A stretch of 64,000 nucleotides of DNA from Candidatus Hydrogenedentota bacterium (GTDB lineage: Bacteria > Hydrogenedentota > Hydrogenedentia > Hydrogenedentales > SLHB01). The position numbers and the translations under genes were made by a program. How positions within the stretch are numbered: position 1 is the first letter of the stretch; every line of letters begins with the position of its first letter. Positions 1 to 8,097 of the stretch are shown here, one piece after another. The DNA lies in the NCBI GenBank assembly GCA_045863335.1, contig BTVY01000007.1:64001-128000 (forward strand), written 5' to 3'. Under the pieces are notes generated by a model that saw only the letters and a list, made by a program, of their open reading frames with translations, was not told where the DNA came from and made no database searches.

Positions 1-323
1 ACATCCACCTGCTCGAGCTTGTAGTAATAGGTCTTGCCCGGTTCAACATCGAGATCGTAGTACCGGTAACGTTGCGGAATCGTCGTAGTCCCCGCGGCGT
101 GAACCGGGGTCTTCGCATTGACAACGCGGGTCTCGCCGTCGGGCCTGTCCGCGCGGTGGATATAGAAACCGAAGGCGTTCATCTCGGTTTCCGTCTGCCA
201 GGACAGACGGACGCGCCATTGTTCAGAGGCCGCGAGGCCCGCGTCAGCGCTCCCCTTTGTCGATTGACAGCCGGCCGCCACAGCGATTACAAGAATCGCG
301 ACGGTTGGAACACCGATTTTCAT
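1..323 (-). CDS. Lipoprotein with FN3/Ig-like domain (truncated at window edge)
   Basis: Not in the ORF track. Manual translation from ATG 323 gives MKIGVPTVAILVIAVAAGC (lipobox), then VRLSWQTETEMNAFGFYIHR...YRYYDLDVEPGKTYYYKLEQVD; frame stays open to base 1; AAAGGGG RBS upstream. Confidence 0.8.
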   Translation of the reverse strand, partial: MKIGVPTVAILVIAVAAGCQSTKGSADAGLAASEQWRVRLSWQTETEMNAFGFYIHRADRPDGETRVVNAKTPVHAAGTTTIPQRYRYYDLDVEPGKTYYYKLEQVD

Positions 324-433
324 AATCGCCCCTTTGAACTGGTTTCCATCGGACTACGCGGATTTTCTCTCAGAAACTGCGAATCGCAAGTGTATCATAG
401 GGTGCCGCAGTCTGAAACCGGCACGAGATTACG

Positions 434-2317
434 ATGACAACGCAATCACAAGAAGGACAACAACTAACACGGCGCCGCGGATCGGTCCTCCGAACGTGGG
501 TGCCCGTGCTGCTGTTGCTCGCGACGACCGGCCTTGTGTACGGACGCGTGCTGCAGGCCGGATTCGTGGCCTTCGACGACGGCATCTACGTGACGCACAA
601 CCGGCACGTTCCCAACGGAATCACCGCAGCGAACCTCCGCTGGGCGTTCACCACGCTCGAGACGGCTACATGGCAACCGCTGACCTTGATTTCCCATATG
701 CTCGACGTCGAGATGTTCGGGCTCTGGCCCGGCGGCCACCACCTGACCAACGTCATTTTCCATGTGGTCAACACGCTCCTCCTCTTCGTGGTATTGCGAT
801 ACATGACCGGCGACTGGGGACCCCCGCTTTTTGTTGCGGCGGTGTTCGCGTTGCACCCCCTCCACGTGGAGTCGGTCGCATGGGTGTCCGAACGCAAGGA
901 CGTCCTCAGCACCTTCTTCTGGTTGCTTACCATGCTGGCGTTCGCCCGCTACGCGCGCGCGCCGGGGATTGGCGCCTACGTGGCTGTGACGCTCGCGTTT
1001 GGACTGGGACTCATGGCGAAGCCCATGCTCGTCACGCTGCCTTGCGTGCTATTGCTCTTCGATTACTGGCCCCTTCGCCGAATCGGAACCGTAGCAAGAC
1101 CGTGGCAAATGCGCGCAGCCGCGAAGTTGATTGCGGAGAAGACACCCTGGTTTGCCATGGCCGTCGCGTCATCGTTGACAACACTTCTCGCGCAGCGCGG
1201 AACGGAATCGGTTGTTTCAATCGAGAACCTGCCGCCTGGACTTCGCATTGGCAACGCTCTGGTATCGTACTGGAGGTATGTTGGCAAGACGGTCTGGCCG
1301 GTCGATCTGGCCGTGTACTACCCCTTCCCACATGGCGGCATCCCTGCCATTCAGATTGCACTGGCCGCAATGGGGCTCGCCTTGGTTTCGGCGGCCGCGT
1401 TTTACCTGGTTCGTCGAGCGCCCTATGCATTCGTGGGATGGTTCTGGTACCTGGGGACTCTCGTGCCGGTAATCGGTTTTATTCAAGTCGGATCGCAGGC
1501 GATGGCGGATCGGTACACGTACATACCGCTCATCGGGCTGTCCATGATTCCCGCTTGGGGGATCCCCGAGCTGCTGGCCCGCGCGTCCCGGAACGAAGCG
1601 GCTGGCGTGCTGAAGAAGCGGTTGCGCGTGGTTGCGGCCGCCGGATGCGCCCTGTGCGCCGTGTGGAGTTGGCTGACCTTCGCGCAGGCGGGAACATGGC
1701 GCGACTCGCTGCACCTGTTCCGTCATGCAGCGGACGTGACCGAGAACAACTATTTGGCGCTGGCTAACACGGGGATGGCATTGAACGGCAAAGGACGATT
1801 TGAGGAAGCCATCCCTTACCTCGAACGGGCCCTGGCAATCGATCCGGATCGCGCGGGCACCTTGTTCGACCTCGCTCACGCCTGCGAGAATACCGGCCGA
1901 ATAGCGGACGCGATCGCGCTCTACCGAAGAGGTCTGGCAATTCGGCCCGGCGACGGAAGCGCACTGACGAATCTTGGGCGATGCCTGCTTTCGAGCGGTA
2001 ACCCGGAAGCGGCATTGGAGGCGCTCACGCAGGCACTCCGCTACCGTCCGGATTCGGAACCCACCCTCTCCAACTACGGCGTCGCCCTCATCCAACTGGG
2101 CCGCGTTCGCGACGCGCTGGTACATCTAAACGACGCTGCACGGAGGTATCCCGCAAACGCCGACCTGCGAGTGAACCTGGGCATTGCGTATGCCGCAAAT
2201 GGGGACGCGGCGTCCGCGCTTCGAGAGTTTGAAGCGGCCCTTCAACTAGACCCCGGCAACGAACAAGCACGGATGAATTCGCAAATTCTCCGCAGCCAAC
2301 CGGTTGCCGGTGACTGA
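434..2317 (+). CDS. TMTC-like GT-C glycosyltransferase (protein O-mannosyltransferase-like) with C-terminal TPRs
   Basis: FDD loop after TM1, WQPLTLISH, FALHPLHVESVAWVSERKD, LMAKP, ADRYTYIP, WRDS..LF; multiple TM helices followed by about 5 TPRs. Confidence 0.88.
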   Translation: MTTQSQEGQQLTRRRGSVLRTWVPVLLLLATTGLVYGRVLQAGFVAFDDGIYVTHNRHVPNGITAANLRWAFTTLETATWQPLTLISHMLDVEMFGLWPGGHHLTNVIFHVVNTLLLFVVLRYMTGDWGPPLFVAAVFALHPLHVESVAWVSERKDVLSTFFWLLTMLAFARYARAPGIGAYVAVTLAFGLGLMAKPMLVTLPCVLLLFDYWPLRRIGTVARPWQMRAAAKLIAEKTPWFAMAVASSLTTLLAQRGTESVVSIENLPPGLRIGNALVSYWRYVGKTVWPVDLAVYYPFPHGGIPAIQIALAAMGLALVSAAAFYLVRRAPYAFVGWFWYLGTLVPVIGFIQVGSQAMADRYTYIPLIGLSMIPAWGIPELLARASRNEAAGVLKKRLRVVAAAGCALCAVWSWLTFAQAGTWRDSLHLFRHAADVTENNYLALANTGMALNGKGRFEEAIPYLERALAIDPDRAGTLFDLAHACENTGRIADAIALYRRGLAIRPGDGSALTNLGRCLLSSGNPEAALEALTQALRYRPDSEPTLSNYGVALIQLGRVRDALVHLNDAARRYPANADLRVNLGIAYAANGDAASALREFEAALQLDPGNEQARMNSQILRSQPVAGD

Positions 2318-2473
2318 TCCCGTCCCTGGGGGACTGATTCGTTCGCGCAATAGCGGGCGCATTCGCATCGAGGGCATGCACTTGAGGTAACTCCCAAAAC
2401 TTCGTAAGATCGCCGTGTTTGCCCAATCCATGGGATTTGTTCGGGCTGCGATGGTCTGATTGGGGAGCGCGGG

Positions 2474-3688
2474 TTGTCTCGATTTCGAGTGGAACATGCC
2501 GCATGGCTCGCATTAATGGCGAGCTTCGCGATTGTCTGTGCGCTGGGGTATAGTTTCCGCGGCACGGTCTTGGGACAACTTCACGAGCAGCGGTTCGATA
2601 CGTTGATCGGAGAGGCGCGCGACTTCGACCGGCGCGGCGAGCCGGACCGTGCCGCAACCGTATATGAAACCTTGCTCGAGCGGTACCCGAAGAACGAAGA
2701 GCTTTTGGTGGCTTATGGCGAGCACGTGGAGGCCCAGGGGCAGCTGCAGGAAGCCGAGGCGGCCCTCGCGGAGGCCGCGTCATTGGGGCGCCAACGGTTC
2801 AGCGCGGTTCGCCGTTACGCGAGTTTCCTGGAGCGGCTAGGCCGGTCAGAGGAGGCCGCCGCGTTCCTGGAGGATTATCTGCGCCGCTATCCCGACGATT
2901 TTACGGCCCACCTTGATCTCGGCTTCATCTACATGCGGCTCGACCGTTGGCAGCAGGCCGTGGGAGCGCTGCAACACGCTGCCCGGCGCCCGGAACTCGA
3001 GTTCGTGGCCCGCAGCAATCTCGCCGGCGCCTTCATGGAGTTGCGGCAAATCGAAAACGCGATTCAGGAGTGGCGGCGCGTGACCACGATGGGGCCCGGC
3101 GCGGAGTATCAGCAGTACCTCCAGCACATTGCTATCGCCTATGAAAATCTCGACCTTCCGGAGCAAGCGTGCGATGCCTGGCAGTCGTTCCTGGATCGGT
3201 TTCCCAATTCCATCCTTGGCGCGGAGCGGGTGCTCGCCCTTGCCGACCGCTGTGGGACGGAGGAGATGCAGGCACGGGCCGCCTTACGCCTCGCCGCGCT
3301 TTCACCGGAGCTCGCGATCGATGCCGCTCTCACACCGCGCCTGGAAATCGCAGGAGTCACTCGGCCGGAGGCTGCGATCACTCCCGGTTCCACGCTCACG
3401 CTCGAGGTGTGGTTTCAGGTGGTGCGGGCCGTTCGTCATCCAACCTTCGTGTCGTTTTCCTTGCAGGGTTCCGACGGAACGGTCTATCCCCTGATCAGCG
3501 AACCGGATGCCTTGGGAACGCCGCCCCTGTGGAGGGGAGATACCGTTCGCCAACCCTTCGCCATCCGTGCGCCGGAAGTCCTCGCCGGCGGAACCTACAC
3601 CCTTCGAATTCACTCCGCCGAAGATGGCGGTGGGACGGTAGCCCTTTGGCCCTCCGAAGCGGTCGACGCGCAAGGGGGCTCGGAATGA
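2474..3688 (+). CDS. Membrane-anchored TPR protein with C-terminal Ig-like domain
   Basis: N-terminal TM, TPR-like helices, C-terminal beta-rich PGSTLTLEVWF...GTYTLRI; TTG start with GGGGAG RBS; stop overlaps next ATG (ATGA). Confidence 0.8.
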   Translation: MSRFRVEHAAWLALMASFAIVCALGYSFRGTVLGQLHEQRFDTLIGEARDFDRRGEPDRAATVYETLLERYPKNEELLVAYGEHVEAQGQLQEAEAALAEAASLGRQRFSAVRRYASFLERLGRSEEAAAFLEDYLRRYPDDFTAHLDLGFIYMRLDRWQQAVGALQHAARRPELEFVARSNLAGAFMELRQIENAIQEWRRVTTMGPGAEYQQYLQHIAIAYENLDLPEQACDAWQSFLDRFPNSILGAERVLALADRCGTEEMQARAALRLAALSPELAIDAALTPRLEIAGVTRPEAAITPGSTLTLEVWFQVVRAVRHPTFVSFSLQGSDGTVYPLISEPDALGTPPLWRGDTVRQPFAIRAPEVLAGGTYTLRIHSAEDGGGTVALWPSEAVDAQGGSE

Positions 3689-5064
3689 TTCGCCGTTTCG
3701 GAAGAGTATCGACGGACGCCGTGCTGGTCGTCTACGCCTTCGGGTTTTGCGGGATATTGCGGACGCTTACCGGCGCTCCCTACGAATCGCTCGAAACGCT
3801 GGTGTACTCACTGGGGCCCTTCGTCTTGATTCATATACTGGCCCTGGGGTTCTTTGGGGCCTACGACTTCGGACGGCTTCGCAGCGAGTCAGACCTTGCG
3901 TTCGCGGCCTTGACGGGATCAATTGCCGGGTCGGCGCTATCGTTCATTCTTTCGTCCACGTTTATGCTCTATTACGCGCCGGATGTCCAAGTCGTGGGGC
4001 GATCCGTCTTCCTGGCGAGCGCAGTTTTATGCGCCATTGCCCTGCCGGCGTGGCGTGTGTGGTACACGCGGGTGCGCCGCCGCCGCGGAGAACTCGACAC
4101 GCGCGTGATCGCGTACGGGTCTGCGGAAAGCGTACAGGAGGTTGCCTCGGAACTGGCCCAGTACTCGCGCGCGGGACACCGCGTCGTGGGGTGCGTAGTC
4201 AGCGATGAAGTATCGGGCGCATTAGCGAGCGATCCTCCGATGCTCGGATCGGATGAGAACCTGGAATTGCTGATCCGCGAGCACGACGCGCACGAGGTGC
4301 TCATCATCGGCGACGTGCTGGCCCACGATGCGAAAGCCTTGTTGCGCGTCTTGCGCATCTGCGAGAACACGTCCGTTGTGGTTCACGTGTTGCCGGGATA
4401 CTACGAAGCCATGGTGGGCCGGCTCGACCTATACGAAATCGGCGGCTTGCCCCTCATCGAAATGAAGCAACACCCGGTGCCGTGGTCCTATGGCGTCCTC
4501 AAACGGCTCATGGACCTTGCGGGCGCGTTCATTGCACTGTTCCTGGGCTTCCCCATCCTGACCGCGGCCGCCATCGCCATCAAGCTGGACTCCAAAGGCC
4601 CGCTGATTTACTCGCAAGTGCGCTCCGGCCGGAACGGACGCGAGTTCCGAATCTACAAACTTCGGACCATGACGGCGGACGCGGAGAAGGACTCCGGACC
4701 CGTATGGGCACAGAAATCCGATCCCCGTGTCACCCGGGTGGGTAAGTTTCTCCGGAACAAGCGCATCGACGAGATCCCCCAGCTATGGAACGTGCTCAAA
4801 GGCGACATGAGTCTCGTGGGACCGCGTCCGGAACGGCCTTTCTTCATCGAGAAGTTCTCACAGGATGTCCCGTTGTTTTCCCTTCGCCTACGCGTGAAGC
4901 CCGGCGTGACCTCGTTGTCTCATGTGTGGGGCCGGTACGATTCGTCCCCTGCCCACCGCTTGCTGTACGATCTCGTCTACATGAGCAACATCTCGCTCAT
5001 GCTCGATTTGCGCATCCTGATCGACACCATCAAGATCGTACTCACGGGGCGGGGCGCCCAGTAA
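3685..5064 (+). CDS. Polyprenyl-phosphate glycosylphosphotransferase (WcaJ/WbaP-type initiating sugar transferase)
   Basis: 4 TM helices, CoA-binding-like domain, KRLMD, FRIYKLRTM, DPRVTRVGKFLR..RIDEIPQLWNVLKGDMSLVGPRPE; start moved to ATG 3685 (ATGA overlap). Confidence 0.93.
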   Translation: MIRRFGRVSTDAVLVVYAFGFCGILRTLTGAPYESLETLVYSLGPFVLIHILALGFFGAYDFGRLRSESDLAFAALTGSIAGSALSFILSSTFMLYYAPDVQVVGRSVFLASAVLCAIALPAWRVWYTRVRRRRGELDTRVIAYGSAESVQEVASELAQYSRAGHRVVGCVVSDEVSGALASDPPMLGSDENLELLIREHDAHEVLIIGDVLAHDAKALLRVLRICENTSVVVHVLPGYYEAMVGRLDLYEIGGLPLIEMKQHPVPWSYGVLKRLMDLAGAFIALFLGFPILTAAAIAIKLDSKGPLIYSQVRSGRNGREFRIYKLRTMTADAEKDSGPVWAQKSDPRVTRVGKFLRNKRIDEIPQLWNVLKGDMSLVGPRPERPFFIEKFSQDVPLFSLRLRVKPGVTSLSHVWGRYDSSPAHRLLYDLVYMSNISLMLDLRILIDTIKIVLTGRGAQ

Positions 5065-5077
5065 CCACGGGGTTTGC

Positions 5078-6859
5078 ATGACGCGGGAAGAACTGCTGCG
5101 ATACGGCCGGACCTTGCGTCACCTCAAGGTCTCGCAAATCCTGTGGCGCGCGCGCTACGCGGCAGAGAAACGGCTCCCGATTCTCAAAGGCCAGGCTACC
5201 GTCCAGGCCCCTCCACAGTTTGACTCATCAACGATGGACCAGATTCGCACGGCGATGGGCGAATTGGCCTGGATCCTCCCGCCGAACGCGGACGCCGTTG
5301 ACGCGCTGTGCAGGAACGAGTTCACGTTTCTCAATCACACAGAACAATTTGGCCACGCGGTGGACTGGTCGGTCCCAGGTGCAAGCACGCTCTGGCGGTA
5401 TCATCTGCACTATTTCGGTTGGGGGCGTACCCTCGCTCTCGCCTATTTGCAGGAAAACCGGGAAGCGCTGCGCGCGCGGTTTCTGAGTCTCGCCGACGAT
5501 TGGATCGACAAGAATCCTCGGGGTTCCTCGCCCGGCTGGGACGCCTTCGTCATTTCCTCGCGATTGATGAACTGGGCGCAGGCGTTTTCGGTGTTTGCCG
5601 AAGCGTCCCCGCAGGTACTGGAAAGCGTTGCGAATCAGACTGGCTGGTTGCTTCGTCACCTGGAGAAGGACGTTCGCGCGAATCACCTGTTGAAGAATGC
5701 GCAGGCCCTGGTGATTGCGGGGGCCGTGCTCGGCGATCGCTACGGCGAACAAGCCACGCGGCGCGGATTGGAACTGCTCGCGCAGGAATTGGACGAGCAA
5801 ATCCTGGAGGACGGCGGGCACTACGAACGCAGCCTCATGTACCATTGCCAGGTGCTCGAAGATAACTTGTTCGTGCATGCCGCACTCGAAGACCCGCCAG
5901 CGAAGCTCACTTCCGTCATCGAAAAGATGTCCGGCTTTCTCGCGCGGATGCTGTACCGGGACGAAAGCATCCCGCAATTCGGTGACGCGAATCTCGACCT
6001 CGACGTTCCAGCGGAAGCACTCCTTCGTTTGACAAAGAAGCGCTTCCCAAATCTTGAATTGGAACGGCCCACTGGCTGCCGTGCCGAGGTAGCTTCCGGT
6101 TTCTATATCCTCGAAACTGCGGACGGCGAAGCGCGCATGACCGTCAAAGCGGGCAACCCCGGCCCGGCATATCAGCTCGGCCATGCGCACTGCGACATGC
6201 TGAGTTACGAGTTCTTCGCGGACGGCCGCAGACTGATCGTGGACTCCGGCGTCTTCAGTTATGACAACGATAAGTGGCGTGAGTACAGTCGCGGCACATC
6301 GGCCCACAACACCGTGCGCGTCAACGGCCGGGAACAACTCGAATGCTGGGACCGCTTTCGTGTTGGCCGACGATACAATTCCACCATTCGCGCGTGGACC
6401 GAACACGCCGGCGGTCAACTGCTGATCGCAAGTCACGATGGTTTCGCTCCGCACGAGTACCAGCGAATCGTTTATCTTGCCCCCGCTGGTTTTTGGCTGG
6501 TCGCGGATCGGGTGACCGGGCCGGAATCGTGCGACGTGGAAAGCTTCGTACATGCGCATCCCGAAGCGGGCGTCGAAGAGGGCTACGAGCAGTGGCGGAT
6601 CGAGTTCGGGAAAACCGTAGTGAAGCTCGTTCCGTTCGGCATGGACTGGGCCGAATTGGTCCAGGGCGCGGAATCGCCGGCTCAGGGTTGGTATTTTCCA
6701 CGCTTTGGCGAGGCGCGACCTGCCCCCAGCCTTGTGCTCCACCGACGGAATCCGTGCCCCGTCCTCTGTGGCTATGGTATCTTTTATGGTCCTCGAGATT
6801 TCGAATCGCCGGAGAGACTTCGCGCGCTGGCGGAGGAGTTGTTCGCACACCAACCATGA
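5078..6859 (+). CDS. Heparinase II/III family protein
   Basis: LWRYHLHYF, HLEKDVRANHLLKN, EQILEDGGHYERSLMYH, GHAHCDMLS, RGTSAHNTVRVNG. Confidence 0.9.
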   Translation: MTREELLRYGRTLRHLKVSQILWRARYAAEKRLPILKGQATVQAPPQFDSSTMDQIRTAMGELAWILPPNADAVDALCRNEFTFLNHTEQFGHAVDWSVPGASTLWRYHLHYFGWGRTLALAYLQENREALRARFLSLADDWIDKNPRGSSPGWDAFVISSRLMNWAQAFSVFAEASPQVLESVANQTGWLLRHLEKDVRANHLLKNAQALVIAGAVLGDRYGEQATRRGLELLAQELDEQILEDGGHYERSLMYHCQVLEDNLFVHAALEDPPAKLTSVIEKMSGFLARMLYRDESIPQFGDANLDLDVPAEALLRLTKKRFPNLELERPTGCRAEVASGFYILETADGEARMTVKAGNPGPAYQLGHAHCDMLSYEFFADGRRLIVDSGVFSYDNDKWREYSRGTSAHNTVRVNGREQLECWDRFRVGRRYNSTIRAWTEHAGGQLLIASHDGFAPHEYQRIVYLAPAGFWLVADRVTGPESCDVESFVHAHPEAGVEEGYEQWRIEFGKTVVKLVPFGMDWAELVQGAESPAQGWYFPRFGEARPAPSLVLHRRNPCPVLCGYGIFYGPRDFESPERLRALAEELFAHQP

Positions 6860-8097
6860 AAATCCTCCTGCTTACACAGTACTTCCCGCCGGAGTTCGGC
6901 GCGGCGGCGGCGCGCAACTCGGAGCATGCTCGGTTCTGGGCCGAGATGGGCCATGACGTCGAGGTCTGCACCGGGTTTCCCAACTACCCATCCGGCATCG
7001 TCCCCGGCGAGTATCGCGGCCGGCTCTATGCGCGCGAAAAACAAGACGGCTACGAAGTCATTCGCTCCTGGATCTACGCCACGCCCAACCGCTCGGTACT
7101 GAAGCGGGCGCTGGCGTCGCTGTCGTTTATGATCTCCGCATTGGTTTCCGGGCTGTTCCTGTGCCGCCGGCCTGACGTCGTCATCGCGTCCTCGGGGCCA
7201 TTCTTCGTAGGACCACTGGGGTACCTGCTGAGCCTGTTCAAGCGCGCGCCGCTGGTGTTTGAAGTGCGGGACATTCTGCCGCAACAAGCCGTCGACGTGG
7301 GCATGATCCGCAATCCGCTTCTCATCTGGACGCTGCAAACGATCGAGGAGTTCCTGTACCGCCGCGCGCGTTGCGTCGTGACGGTGGCGCAGGCTTCCAA
7401 GGAATCCATCGTGAGCCGTGGTTTCCCGGAGGAGAAGTTCGCCGTCATCGAGAACGGCATCCGCGAGGACCTGTTTGCTCCCGGTTCAAAGATGAATACG
7501 GTACGCGAAGAGTACGGCTGGAACGATACGTTCGTCGCCATGTATGTGGGCGCGCACGGCGTATCGCAGGGATTGTTCACGCTGCTTGAAGCCGCAGAAA
7601 GGCTGCGCGACCGCGACGATATCCACTTCGTTTTCATCGGCGACGGCGCTGACAAACCGAAAATGACCGCATGGGCGGAGCTGCACGAACTGACCAATGT
7701 GGAGTTCCTGCCGTTGCAGCCTAAGGAACGAATGCCCGGGTTGTATGCCGCCGCCGACGCGTGCTTTGTCCCGTTGCGCAAAGGTGAGTACTTCACCATC
7801 AACATCCCCTCGAAAATCTTCGAGATCATGGCCTGTGCGCGGCCCATCATCCTCGGTGCGACGGGCCAGGCGCTTCGCATCGTGGAATCGGCCGGCAGCG
7901 GTATTGCAGTGCCGCCGGAAGACGCAGCCGCCTATGCCGAAGCGGTTCTCAAGCTCCGCGACGATTCGTCCTTGGGCGAGCGGCTCGGCGCGAGCGGGCG
8001 CGCCTATGTGCTGGAGCATTTCACGCGACGTCAGAAAGCCCGCCAATACAGCGACGTGCTGGAAGCGACAATCGCTTCGGCGGGACAACGCAGATGA
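6856..8097 (+). CDS. Glycosyltransferase family 4 (WbuB-like)
   Basis: MKILLLTQYFPPE, GFPNYPSG, FEVRD, IPSKIFEIMACARP; ATGA overlap with upstream gene. Confidence 0.92.
   Translation: MKILLLTQYFPPEFGAAAARNSEHARFWAEMGHDVEVCTGFPNYPSGIVPGEYRGRLYAREKQDGYEVIRSWIYATPNRSVLKRALASLSFMISALVSGLFLCRRPDVVIASSGPFFVGPLGYLLSLFKRAPLVFEVRDILPQQAVDVGMIRNPLLIWTLQTIEEFLYRRARCVVTVAQASKESIVSRGFPEEKFAVIENGIREDLFAPGSKMNTVREEYGWNDTFVAMYVGAHGVSQGLFTLLEAAERLRDRDDIHFVFIGDGADKPKMTAWAELHELTNVEFLPLQPKERMPGLYAAADACFVPLRKGEYFTINIPSKIFEIMACARPIILGATGQALRIVESAGSGIAVPPEDAAAYAEAVLKLRDDSSLGERLGASGRAYVLEHFTRRQKARQYSDVLEATIASAGQRR

Noticed and set aside
334-1767. 477-aa Arg-rich ORF overlapping the TMTC-like gene
   Set aside because: Alternative frame with composition typical of off-frame GC-rich DNA.
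3169-3684. N-terminal extensions in the ORF track (also 6343, 14255, 14805, 20854, 24380, 33138, 35705, 62844)
   Set aside because: They overlap upstream genes or repeats; better starts with RBS or stop-start overlap lie downstream.
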